A stretch of 32,000 nt of DNA from Methanothermobacter thermautotrophicus str. Delta H (GCF_000008645.1 NC_000916.1:1050001-1082000), one strand, 5' to 3'; shown: positions 1 to 8,079, numbered from the stretch's first letter. Numbers and translations: made by a program. Notes: generated from the letters alone by a model not told the origin.

Positions 1-827
1 CCGGGGGTGAGTATCCTTGCCGCTGCAACTGCCCCTGCAAAGGCATCCAGACGGTCCCCTGCAAGGTTAAAGGGGCCCCCCTCAAGGACGAATACATCGA
101 CACCCATCTCAAGTCCTGCCTCGAAGCCTGATATGAGGTCATCGTATCCATCCCCAACGAACATTATGGCCTCAACGCCCTTCCCGTGTTTTCTGGCAAG
201 TTCCAGAACTTCCTCAGCCTCCTCGAGGGGTGCTGCGTGGGTTTCAGCCCCCTGTACGGGTGTCAGGTTAACTGCAACAGAGGATGACAGTTCAACCCAT
301 TCTTCCCTGTCAGATAGCCCCTCCTTTTCCCTGTCAAGGAGCCTTGCATGTATTCTCTCCCTTGGACAGCCCTCGAAGGGTGGGCCTTCAAGGTAGCACT
401 GGCCGCCGCACCCGGTTATGGATCTGGGGAACCTCATTGGCCCGTATCTTCCGAAGTGGTCAAGATCCAGGGGCACCTCCGTTGTTTCCCTCACCTCCCT
501 CATGAGTTCCACAGGTCTCATGCCATAGCTCTCGGCTATATCTGCAAATGCATAGGCGCATACATGTATGGTTGCACCTATGGTGTCAGAGAGCATACAG
601 TTTCCCATGAGGTCAATCTTTTCAAGGTCAGAGGCACAGGTACCCACAATGAGCTCTGTGAGATCACAGCCCAGGGGAAACCTCTTGAAGGTTGCTCCAA
701 GTTTAATCTTATCCTCCCTGGATAGGTCAGAAACAGCATCCACGACCTCTGTAACATCCCTGTCCATTTTAATGATTTCCCAGGCTGTACCTGGGTTATC
801 CACAGCTTCCCTGATTAGTTCATGCAT
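1..827 (-). CDS. Cys-rich conserved methanogen protein of unknown function; only the N-terminal part is in the window
   Basis: It is missing from the ORF track because it has no stop codon in the window. My translation of the minus strand from ATG 827..825 is open for about 275 codons (MHELIREAVDNPGTAWEIIKMDRDV...ITGCGGQCYLEGPPFEGCPRE...VFVLEGGPFNLAGD...). An AGGTGA Shine-Dalgarno site lies 6 nt upstream (plus 831-840). The + strand ORFs listed here are Ser/Pro-rich antisense artefacts. Confidence 0.6.
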   Translation of the reverse strand, partial: MHELIREAVDNPGTAWEIIKMDRDVTEVVDAVSDLSREDKIKLGATFKRFPLGCDLTELIVGTCASDLEKIDLMGNCMLSDTIGATIHVCAYAFADIAESYGMRPVELMREVRETTEVPLDLDHFGRYGPMRFPRSITGCGGQCYLEGPPFEGCPRERIHARLLDREKEGLSDREEWVELSSSVAVNLTPVQGAETHAAPLEEAEEVLELARKHGKGVEAIMFVGDGYDDLISGFEAGLEMGVDVFVLEGGPFNLAGDRLDAFAGAVAAARILTP

Positions 828-943
828 ATTGTTTCACCTTCAAAGTCACTGTAACTCAGTATGGAAGGGATGCTAATTTAAGCTTTGATAAAAGTGGTGG
901 GTTAATAAAAATGCAGGGAATGGGTTCAGATTTTAATACCCCT

Positions 944-1354
944 TTACTTCCCTGCCCTCCTGAGGGGTCCCAGTGACTTCACCGTTTCATAGAATTCCTT
1001 CATCGTCTTCTGGAACTTCTCGCCCTCTGATGCTGATATCCACTCCCACCGGAATCTCTCCTTCTCAATGCCAAACTCTGGCAGTATATCCTCAATGAAC
1101 TGGGCCCTCCTCTTCCACTTGTAATTTCCAGAATCATAGTGACAGTCCCCTATGTGACATCCACCAACAAAGACTCCGTCTGCACCGTCACGGAAGGCCT
1201 TCAGAATCATGGAGGCATTGACACGACCGGAGCACATCACCCTTATTATTCTGACGTTTGGAGGGTACTGCATCCTCGCTGTTCCCGCAGTGTCGGCTCC
1301 ACCATAGGAGCACCAGTTACAACAGAATCCCACTATCTTTGGTTCGAAACTCAT
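944..1354 (-). CDS. MvhD-family protein (delta subunit of the F420-non-reducing hydrogenase / Hdr-associated type, [2Fe-2S]); a paralogue outside the mvhDGAB context
   Basis: The 136-aa product begins [24 protein letters not shown]...RVMCSGRV...[10 protein letters not shown], the Cys pattern typical of MvhD/VhuD. A GGTGAT Shine-Dalgarno site sits upstream. Confidence 0.85.
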   Translation of the reverse strand: MSFEPKIVGFCCNWCSYGGADTAGTARMQYPPNVRIIRVMCSGRVNASMILKAFRDGADGVFVGGCHIGDCHYDSGNYKWKRRAQFIEDILPEFGIEKERFRWEWISASEGEKFQKTMKEFYETVKSLGPLRRAGK

Positions 1355-1400
1355 ACCATCACCTTAGAATTCCACTATCTTTGGCTCGAAAATCACCATC
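1325..1400 (-). repeat. Tandem direct duplication (about 40-42 bp period) of the translation-start region of the mvhD-like gene
   Basis: On the minus strand, GATGGTGATTTTCGAGCCAAAGATAGTGGAATTC (1400..1367) aligns with GATGGTATGAGTTTCGAACCAAAGATAGTGGGATTC (1360..1325). The core is 22/24 identical. The + strand ORF translations show it too (HYLWFE / HYLWLE). Confidence 0.85.
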
Positions 1401-1405
1401 AAACT

Positions 1406-2548
1406 CTAATCCTTCTCTCCACTGTACATTGGCGGTAGCTCTTCACTCACACCTGCTGTGAAACCTGTTCTGTCACGGTATTTCCTCTGTATTCTGTGGT
1501 AGATCCTTGCTAGGGGGATGTCCATGGGGCATACATCTTCGCACTGTCCGCAGTTGATGCAGCTGAAGCCCATATGGGACAGTCTCACACCCTGGAATGT
1601 CAGGGGGTCGGGGGCTTTTTCATCTGACTCCAGGAGGTAATCCTTCTCAAGTTCGCATTCCCTGCAGAAACATATTGGGCACAGATCCCTGCATGCGAAG
1701 CAGTTGATGCAGCGTTTCCAGTATTCATCCCAATCATCCAGGGAAGGGTACTCATCCTCCAGATACTTGTCCTGGAACTTCCTGGCCATCTTAATCATGG
1801 CATTTTCAATTTTCTCCCTGATCTCTATCATCTTCATTGGTGGCTCTTTGACCTCGAGGTAGCCCTCCCTGCGGGCTCCCTCGATGATTTCCTCGCCCCG
1901 ATCTGTGTTGACCTCGATGAAGGTCCATCCCTCCTCTGCACCCCAGTTTCCGCAGGCAATGTCTGCATTCCTGGGCACCATCAGCTCGCATCTCTGGCAG
2001 TTTTCCCTTCTTCCGAAGCCCTCCTCCTCAAGGTAATCGATTGATATTTCCTTATGACTGCCATCCTTTAGCTCGACTATGAATTTGCCCTTATCTATCT
2101 CCTCCCTGACAACGTCATCAGGGTCTATTTCATAGAAGGTCTCTATCATTTCCCTTGCAGATACCGGGCTGAGGGTGCCTCCACAGTTCAATCCTATCAT
2201 GTACACCCTCTGGGGATCAATCTGGTGTCTCTTTTCAAGTTCCTTTATTGCCATTGCATCGCAGGGTTTCACAGCCACTGCCAGGCGCATATCATTCAGG
2301 TACCTTGATATGAGATCTCCGAACATGGTAGGTGCACAGTGAAGTGAGCCGCAGGTTGATACGATCTCATCTGAGTCTTCCAGGAGGACCGGGATTCCAT
2401 CGTAGATATCATCTCCCCTTTCAAGTGTCAGGACTCCGTCCACGATCTCCCTATCAAGCATGTATTTGAATATGGCGGTTACTGCTCCGCCACACTCTCC
2501 CCTTTTCTGAATTTCCTCGTCGGTGGCCCTTGCAAGAATGTATTTCAT
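1406..2548 (-). CDS. FdhB/FrhB-family F420-interacting iron-sulfur subunit (formate dehydrogenase beta-like)
   Basis: [26 protein letters not shown] is a typical FrhB/FdhB N-terminus. The C-terminal part has two ferredoxin motifs, [12 protein letters not shown] and [13 protein letters not shown] prefer the second Met (2548) as start: it sits one nt after the upstream TGA stop (TGAAATG), and the 15-codon extension in the track overlaps the upstream gene. Confidence 0.85.
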   Translation of the reverse strand: MKYILARATDEEIQKRGECGGAVTAIFKYMLDREIVDGVLTLERGDDIYDGIPVLLEDSDEIVSTCGSLHCAPTMFGDLISRYLNDMRLAVAVKPCDAMAIKELEKRHQIDPQRVYMIGLNCGGTLSPVSAREMIETFYEIDPDDVVREEIDKGKFIVELKDGSHKEISIDYLEEEGFGRRENCQRCELMVPRNADIACGNWGAEEGWTFIEVNTDRGEEIIEGARREGYLEVKEPPMKMIEIREKIENAMIKMARKFQDKYLEDEYPSLDDWDEYWKRCINCFACRDLCPICFCRECELEKDYLLESDEKAPDPLTFQGVRLSHMGFSCINCGQCEDVCPMDIPLARIYHRIQRKYRDRTGFTAGVSEELPPMYSGEKD

Positions 2549-2549
2549 T

Positions 2550-3581
2550 TCAATCACCCAGCCTCTCGAGTATCCTCTCAAATATTTCACCATCTGTGAG
2601 AACCCCCTCAGGTTCCGGTAGTGCAGGTTCCAGTTTTACAGTATGTCCTGTTGCACCTGTGTATGAGCCCTCCTTTTCACACCAGCCAGCGGTTGCAAGG
2701 AAGATGTCAGGAACTGCACCTGAAGTTTTTATTGACTGGAGGACGAATGATCCCTTAACATCCAGGGGTTCTGCAACTGCACCCGGGTCAATGAGCCACA
2801 GGGATTCAATCTCTTCATGGTCACGGATGGGTGGTATGTGCTGCATCACACCCCGGGTGTTGAAGTCCTCAAATACTGGCAGAACCTCAGCCCCTGTTTC
2901 AGCTGAGGCCTCCAGGACATCTTCTATCACATCCGGGATTTCAGCTGTAATCATTATGAGGTCTGCTGGAAACTCCCTGAGTTTATCTAGAAGATCTAAA
3001 TTATCTGAAAAGGTCAGGTGGGAGCTGGAGTTCATGGCCGTCCTTGTTATCTCCCTCCTATCGTACGATCGGACCTCTGCACCACCATCCATGGCCTGGA
3101 ATATCCTCCTTGCGAGGAGGGGTGCGCAGTTCATTACGTCACCAATGACTGCAATATTATCATAGTTCCTTATTTTCCTCACATCTATTTCTGGATAATC
3201 GAATTCTGGAAATACGGTTATAAGACCGTATTTTTTTACATCAACTCTTTCTATGATCCTTTTGAGTTTAGCTGCCTCCTCATCTGTCAGGGTGCCTGTT
3301 GTGAGTATGGCTGTCTCCGGTGAGGAGATCATCTCTGTGAGTCCATCAAGGGCCTCATCCCAGTCTGCACCCTTAAGGTTTCCTGATTTTTTAACTGCAG
3401 GGGATGTTATTCTATCCTTTACTGGAATCTCATAGCATTCCCTTCCCCTTCTGCATGTCTTTCCCTCGTTTATGATGTGTCTCTTGTAGGGGTAGGTCCC
3501 TGCCGGGGATCCATCCACTTCTATAATGTTCACCCCACATCCTGCGCTGCAGGAGGGGCATATGGTGTGTTTCACCATCAT
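2550..3581 (-). CDS. Half-size FdhA-like molybdopterin-oxidoreductase-family protein (formate dehydrogenase alpha homologue)
   Basis: The N-terminal CPSCSAGCGV...(27 aa)...C pattern matches the CxxCxxxC...C [4Fe-4S] domain of Mo/W-bisPGD enzymes. The C-terminal ATAGWCEKEGSYTGATGHTV resembles the conserved A-E-k-x-G-T-x-T-N segment. At 343 aa it is about half the roughly 680 aa of characterised methanogen FdhA. Confidence 0.75.
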   Translation of the reverse strand: MMVKHTICPSCSAGCGVNIIEVDGSPAGTYPYKRHIINEGKTCRRGRECYEIPVKDRITSPAVKKSGNLKGADWDEALDGLTEMISSPETAILTTGTLTDEEAAKLKRIIERVDVKKYGLITVFPEFDYPEIDVRKIRNYDNIAVIGDVMNCAPLLARRIFQAMDGGAEVRSYDRREITRTAMNSSSHLTFSDNLDLLDKLREFPADLIMITAEIPDVIEDVLEASAETGAEVLPVFEDFNTRGVMQHIPPIRDHEEIESLWLIDPGAVAEPLDVKGSFVLQSIKTSGAVPDIFLATAGWCEKEGSYTGATGHTVKLEPALPEPEGVLTDGEIFERILERLGD

Positions 3582-3584
3582 TTT

Positions 3585-3944
3585 CTACACCTCCAGATTC
3601 TTTACTTTTCTCTGAAACTCATCGATGCTGACAAGTTCATTCTGGACGCTGATCGTCCTGTCACGTGTTATGTTGAAGAGTTCAACCATGATATTCAGTC
3701 CAGAGTCCAGGAGAACCTCTGAAAGGTTTTCCGGGAGTTTCTCGGAGTTCTCAAGGACAACCTTTCCTTCTATTTTAAAATTTAAGGGTATTCCATTGAG
3801 AGATTCCACATAGAATGTGTATCCGACCGAATCCTTCTCGAAATTTGTGTAGTCAATTTTCCAGTCCATGTCAAGACTCAGGGTACACGATTTTGGATTT
3901 TTTCCAGGCCGAAAAAGTCCAATTTTCTGAATCTGAATGTCCAT
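3585..3944 (-). CDS. Hypothetical small protein, first gene of the fdhA-like operon
   Basis: The track ORF is 3585..3998. I prefer the internal ATG at 3944 (MDIQIQKIGLF...) because GGAGGT/GGTGA Shine-Dalgarno sites precede it and the consensus TATA at 4007-4014 would place the transcription start near 3980. The stop lies 3 nt before the fdhA-like start. I recognise no family. Confidence 0.5.
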   Translation of the reverse strand: MDIQIQKIGLFRPGKNPKSCTLSLDMDWKIDYTNFEKDSVGYTFYVESLNGIPLNFKIEGKVVLENSEKLPENLSEVLLDSGLNIMVELFNITRDRTISVQNELVSIDEFQRKVKNLEV

Positions 3945-4006
3945 GCTTTCACCACAACCTCCAGTTTTATCGTGTTTGTCATAATTATCTGCTAACAAGT
4001 ATTACA

Positions 4007-4014
4007 TATATAAA
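4007..4014 (-). promoter_or_regulatory. Archaeal TATA box (TTTATATA on the minus strand) for the unknown/fdhA-like/fdhB-like/mvhD-like operon
   Basis: Plus-strand 'tatataaa' is the reverse complement of the methanogen box A consensus TTTATATA. It lies about 63 nt upstream of ATG 3944. Confidence 0.45.
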
Positions 4015-4402
4015 TGTTCCTAAAATTTAAAAGGCATGTGAACCATTGTAATTACATGAAAATCACAATAAAATCCAATTTTAATCATTTAACCGTTTTA
4101 AATCCACAATAATCTAAAATTATGGCCATGCGGCCCTAATAGATCCAGAGTTAATATTCTGGCAGGAAATTATAATTCATAATAGATGATTATTTTTTAA
4201 TATTTAACGTGGTTTGTACTCTGATCTCTAAGAACAACCCGCAACACGCCATTACAGAGTTAAGGGCAGCCTTCCAGTTAGGATCACTGGATTGAAGCAG
4301 CTCAGCCACAGATCCGTGATATTAATATCTTAATAATTATGATTATTTTCATATAATATTATATGGATAATGGATGGTAAAGGCTTCCCAAAGGAGGATA
4401 AA

Positions 4403-4453
4403 ATGAAAACATTGCTTAAATTGACTTACCCTGAAATTGCCACAGGTGAATAA
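4403..4453 (+). CDS. Candidate 16-codon micro-ORF (MKTLLKLTYPEIATGE)
   Basis: AAGGAGGA (4391-4398) lies 4 nt before the ATG. TATA-like ATATAATATTATAT (4351-4364) is about 27 nt upstream of the Shine-Dalgarno site. A T6 run (4468-4473) follows the stop. It is too short for statistical support. Confidence 0.25.
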   Translation: MKTLLKLTYPEIATGE

Positions 4454-4498
4454 ATTCTCCTTATAAGTTTTTTGATTTGAAAATTATCAAAAAATATA

Positions 4499-4506
4499 TT
4501 TATATT
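4499..4506 (+). promoter_or_regulatory. hmd promoter TATA box (TTTATATT)
   Basis: It matches the box A consensus 63 nt upstream of the hmd ATG. A GGAGTGAT Shine-Dalgarno site is at 4557-4564. Confidence 0.5.
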
Positions 4507-4568
4507 GGAAACCGATTAATCTGTACTACTAATAATATAAGTAGTATTACAGAAATGGAGTGATAGAT

Positions 4569-5603
4569 ATGAAACTTGCAATACTAGGTGCAGGATGTTA
4601 CAGGACCCATGCGGCCAGTGGAATAACAAACTTTTCCAGGGCCTGCGAGGTCGCTGAAATGGTTGGAAAACCAGAGATAGCCATGACCCATTCCACAATA
4701 ACAATGGGTGCAGAGCTAAAAGAACTTGCAGGTGTGGACGAAGTCGTTGTTGCAGACCCTGTATTCGACAACCAGTTCACAGTTATAGACGACTTCGCCT
4801 ACGAGGACGTCATAGAAGCCCACAAGGAGGACCCTGAAAAGATAATGCCACAGATCAGGGAAAAGGTCAACGAAGTCGCAAAGGAACTTCCAAAACCACC
4901 AGAAGGTGCAATACACTTTACACACCCTGAAGACCTTGGATTTGAGATAACAACCGATGACAGGGAAGCTGTTGCAGACGCCGACTTCATAATGACCTGG
5001 TTCCCAAAGGGAGACATGCAGCCAGGCATAATAGACAAGTTCATAGATGACATAAAACCAGGCGCCATCGTCACCCACGCCTGCACAATTCCAACCACCA
5101 AGTTCTACAAGATATTCGAAGAAAAACACGGCGACCTTGTAACAAAACCTGAAACACTCAACGTAACATCCTACCACCCAGGTGCCGTACCCGAAATGAA
5201 GGGCCAGGTCTACATTGCAGAGGGTTACGCCTCAGAGGAAGCAATAAACACCCTCTTCGAACTCGGACAGAAAGCAAGAGGTAACGCATACAGGTTACCA
5301 GCCGAACTCCTCGGACCAGTATGTGACATGTGCTCAGCCCTCACAGCAATAACCTACGCAGGTATACTATCCTACAGGGACTCAGTCACACAGGTACTCG
5401 GCGCGCCCGCAGGTTTCGCACAGATGATGGCCAAGGAGTCACTTGAACAGATAACAGCCCTTATGGAAAAGGTTGGAATAGACAAGATGGAAGAGCACCT
5501 CGACCCCGGTGCACTTCTGGGTACAGCTGACTCCATGAACTTCGGAGCATCAGCAGACATACTCCCAACCGTATTTGAAATCCTCGAGAAGAGGAAAAAA
5601 TAA
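4569..5603 (+). CDS. hmd: H2-forming methylenetetrahydromethanopterin dehydrogenase ([Fe]-hydrogenase)
   Basis: MKLAILGAGCYRTHAASGITNFSRA...THACTIPT...GQVYIAEGYASEE is the recognised Hmd sequence, with the FeGP-binding Cys in the HACTIPT motif. The track start at GTG 4560 is rejected in favour of ATG 4569, which has a properly spaced Shine-Dalgarno site. Confidence 0.97.
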   Translation: MKLAILGAGCYRTHAASGITNFSRACEVAEMVGKPEIAMTHSTITMGAELKELAGVDEVVVADPVFDNQFTVIDDFAYEDVIEAHKEDPEKIMPQIREKVNEVAKELPKPPEGAIHFTHPEDLGFEITTDDREAVADADFIMTWFPKGDMQPGIIDKFIDDIKPGAIVTHACTIPTTKFYKIFEEKHGDLVTKPETLNVTSYHPGAVPEMKGQVYIAEGYASEEAINTLFELGQKARGNAYRLPAELLGPVCDMCSALTAITYAGILSYRDSVTQVLGAPAGFAQMMAKESLEQITALMEKVGIDKMEEHLDPGALLGTADSMNFGASADILPTVFEILEKRKK

Positions 5604-5625
5604 ACCTAGGAAAATCCCAGAAAAA

Positions 5626-5640
5626 TTTATTTATTTTTTT
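5626..5640 (+). terminator. Oligo-T tract downstream of hmd (TTTATTTATTTTTTT)
   Basis: The T-rich run, including T7, starts 23 nt after the hmd stop. Archaeal RNA polymerase terminates at oligo-T. Confidence 0.4.
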
Positions 5641-5707
5641 ATCCAAGTAATTTTTACACTTCAATTTACTGACTTTTCAATCCCAAGCAGCTGAAACTGG
5701 TGTTAAA

Positions 5708-6739
5708 TTGATAGATAAAATACTGAAAAAGGCGGCAGAAGGGTACCAGCTCCAGGATGGAGAGGTTATCCAGTTATTCAGAATAAGAGAATCCGGGGAT
5801 CTTGCCAGTCTCATGAAAACAGCCTTCAATATAATGCGTGAAAACCGCGGCTCTGTGAAGCTGACATCCACAGTGCACATAACAAACATGTGCCAGGTCA
5901 GGCCACGGTGCGGTTACTGTGGATTTGCTGCAGGCACATCAAAAAATGGTTACTATAACTCATTCTTCAAAACTGATGATGAGATCCTTGAAGCCGCCCT
6001 CATAATAGAGGAATCAGGAATACCCAGGGTCAGCTGCTCAGGTGCCCATGGATTCAATGGTGAGCATGCCGTGAAGGCTGCCAGGATAGTTAAGGAGAAC
6101 ACATCACTTGAACTCCTCATAAACGTTGGATCTGACCTCAACAGGAGTGCCACAGAGAAACTTGCAGACTACGGGACAGACACTGTATGCTGCAACCTTG
6201 AAACCACCAACAGGGAACTTTTCAGCAGTGTTAAACCCGGTGAGAGAATCGAGGACAGGATCAGGGTCTGTGAAATGGTTTGTGCGGCAGGTATTGAGCT
6301 CTCAAGTGGCCTGCTCATAGGTCTTGGTGAAAGCTACGCTGATCGCCTGGAGCACCTTAAGTTTCTATCTAAATTTGAAACCCTTGGTGAGATACCCATA
6401 ATGGGATTCAACCCCTACCCTGGCACTCCAATGGAGGAACATCCGCCCTGCCCCCTGAGTGAGCAGATGAAGACCATAGCCATTACAAGGATCCTCTACC
6501 CTGACATAAGGATAACAGTTCCAACACCCACAATAGGGCCCGAGAATGTCAGGTTTTCCCTGATGGCCGGGGCCGATAACCTTGCAACTGTTATACCGGA
6601 CGGCTACCCCCATGACGTTAAGGGTGTGGGGTCCCCCCGCTACGGGAACCTCAGGGACGTCCTGAAGGTTGTGAAGGAAATGGGACTGAGGGCCCAGTTA
6701 AAACCTGCCCCCTCAGCCGAGGGAGTGGCTCTGCTCTGA
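5708..6739 (+). CDS. hcgA: HcgA, radical-SAM-like enzyme of FeGP cofactor biosynthesis (BioB/HydE-like)
   Basis: It lies immediately downstream of hmd. The non-canonical CX5CX2C motif (CQVRPRCGYC) is directly visible, and this motif is the reported hallmark of HcgA. The start is TTG with GGTG upstream. Confidence 0.9.
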   Translation: MIDKILKKAAEGYQLQDGEVIQLFRIRESGDLASLMKTAFNIMRENRGSVKLTSTVHITNMCQVRPRCGYCGFAAGTSKNGYYNSFFKTDDEILEAALIIEESGIPRVSCSGAHGFNGEHAVKAARIVKENTSLELLINVGSDLNRSATEKLADYGTDTVCCNLETTNRELFSSVKPGERIEDRIRVCEMVCAAGIELSSGLLIGLGESYADRLEHLKFLSKFETLGEIPIMGFNPYPGTPMEEHPPCPLSEQMKTIAITRILYPDIRITVPTPTIGPENVRFSLMAGADNLATVIPDGYPHDVKGVGSPRYGNLRDVLKVVKEMGLRAQLKPAPSAEGVALL

Positions 6740-6753
6740 TTGGGGGTGTTGAA

Positions 6754-7224
6754 ATGCTTGAGGACCTCATAGGTAAAGCCTACCTTGAATCTGCAGAGGA
6801 CAGACGCCGCGGGGACAGATCTGAAGAGGTTGAGGCCATAAGGAAGTACATAAGGAGTGCCCGCAGGACCGTGGTCCCCAACTGGAATGCTGAGAAGGTT
6901 GATGCGATAAACGATGTCCTCAGAAGTTTCAATCTGCGGGAAGCCGAACACCTTCAGTTCAACACCAACTGGGCAGACCTCACCAGGATGCCAGCAGTCA
7001 CAAAGGCCCTCATGGCGCTGGACATCTCAGGTGCGGACCTTGTAATTGCCAGGGGGAGGCTCGGCGTCCCTGGTTCAGGGTCCCTCCTCGTTATAATGGA
7101 CTCCAGGGGACGCCTGCTATCTGCAGCCATGTCCCCCCCACATGTAATACACAGCATGGAAGTGAGAGAGGCTGTGAGGTCAGAGATGACCCATGCACTT
7201 GAGAGGATAGGGTTTAAAAGATAA
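6754..7224 (+). CDS. hcgB: HcgB, guanylyltransferase of FeGP cofactor biosynthesis
   Basis: Its position in the conserved hmd-hcgABCDEF order, its 156-aa size, and a GGGGGTG Shine-Dalgarno site support the call. It rests mainly on synteny plus recalled size. Confidence 0.8.
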   Translation: MLEDLIGKAYLESAEDRRRGDRSEEVEAIRKYIRSARRTVVPNWNAEKVDAINDVLRSFNLREAEHLQFNTNWADLTRMPAVTKALMALDISGADLVIARGRLGVPGSGSLLVIMDSRGRLLSAAMSPPHVIHSMEVREAVRSEMTHALERIGFKR

Positions 7225-7302
7225 AGGCCCCATCAAAGAACAGCAGAGAAAAACAGGTCCATAAACAGTATGAACCATATAACAGGAAACAGCTGATCAA
7301 AA

Positions 7303-8079
7303 ATGAAACCCCCTGAAACAGGCATAACAGAAACCGTGAAGACCTTCTTCTCATCCCTCACAGTTGGTGACATAGTAAGACGGATATCCCATCTCAAATC
7401 CTCTGCAGTCACTGGGTGGCTCGATGATGCCAGATTTGAACCTGAAAATGCCCTGATTATAGGCTCATACTTCACAGGCGCCGCGATCTCAGGTGCCCTT
7501 GACTGCAGGGTTACAGTTGCAGATATAAACCCCCAGACACGTTTCCTCCTTAGGGGAGATGTGGACTTCCGGGAGGGTATTCATGGACTGAATGGTGACT
7601 GGGACCTCATAGTTGATACAACCGGCATTGGTGGTGTAACCCCTGAGGAGCTCTCAGGTTTCACTGCAGGGGCCTTCATCGTTGAGGACCCGACCTCTGA
7701 TGGCAGTGATGAAACAATAATGGGCTACAACAGTACCGCTGAACGGCTTGAGGCGGTTGAAGCAGATCTGAAGGCGTCCCTCCGCACCCTTGGACTCGGT
7801 GCCAAGACCTCGGGCACAATGACCCTCACAGTCGAGGTTCTTCGAAGGTCAATGGCCGATGCCCTTGAATGTAGAGGAGTACTGTATGCAACCGCAACCC
7901 TTAGGTTCTTTGAGAGGATCCTCTTCAGAGAGAGGGACCCTCAGGGCTTCCTCAGGGCCCTTGAATCACCTGCCCTTACTGTATCGTCCCTGGGGGATAT
8001 CAGCTGCGATGAGATACTTGAGGGGAACCTAGGAATGATAAGGTCGGAGGTTACAGAAGAGGACGGTGATAACAATTAG
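7303..8079 (+). CDS. hcgC: HcgC, SAM-dependent pyridinol methyltransferase of FeGP cofactor biosynthesis
   Basis: Synteny supports the call, along with a Rossmann-like glycine-rich stretch (IIGSYFTGAAISGALD). The product is 258 aa. Confidence 0.8.
   Translation: MKPPETGITETVKTFFSSLTVGDIVRRISHLKSSAVTGWLDDARFEPENALIIGSYFTGAAISGALDCRVTVADINPQTRFLLRGDVDFREGIHGLNGDWDLIVDTTGIGGVTPEELSGFTAGAFIVEDPTSDGSDETIMGYNSTAERLEAVEADLKASLRTLGLGAKTSGTMTLTVEVLRRSMADALECRGVLYATATLRFFERILFRERDPQGFLRALESPALTVSSLGDISCDEILEGNLGMIRSEVTEEDGDNN

Noticed and set aside
7-876. Several + strand ORFs (7..396, 284..505, 348..725, 568..876) at the left edge
   Set aside because: They are Ser/Pro/Ala-rich, low-complexity and mutually overlapping. 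They lie antisense to a long uninterrupted minus-strand frame that has a proper Shine-Dalgarno site and ATG at 827.
2550-3581. Possibility that the short FdhA-like gene is a pseudogene, or contains an in-frame TGA selenocysteine that split a longer gene
   Set aside because: The frame is continuous from its ATG to its stop. It is tightly packed with neighbours (3 nt upstream, 1 nt downstream), and the flanking ORFs do not resemble the missing FdhA domains. It is therefore treated as a genuine short paralogue, though only an alignment can settle this.
3585-3998. Idea that the 137-aa protein upstream of the FdhA-like gene is an FwdD-like split-off pterin cap domain
   Set aside because: I could see no resemblance to the FwdD/molybdopterin dinucleotide-binding beta-barrel sequences I recall. 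It is left as hypothetical.
4180-4225. Possible C/D box sRNA (GATGATT near 4186 and CTGA near 4220)
   Set aside because: The C box is not the RUGAUGA consensus. No C'/D' pair or terminal stem is present, and the spacing does not fit the usual 50-60 nt architecture.
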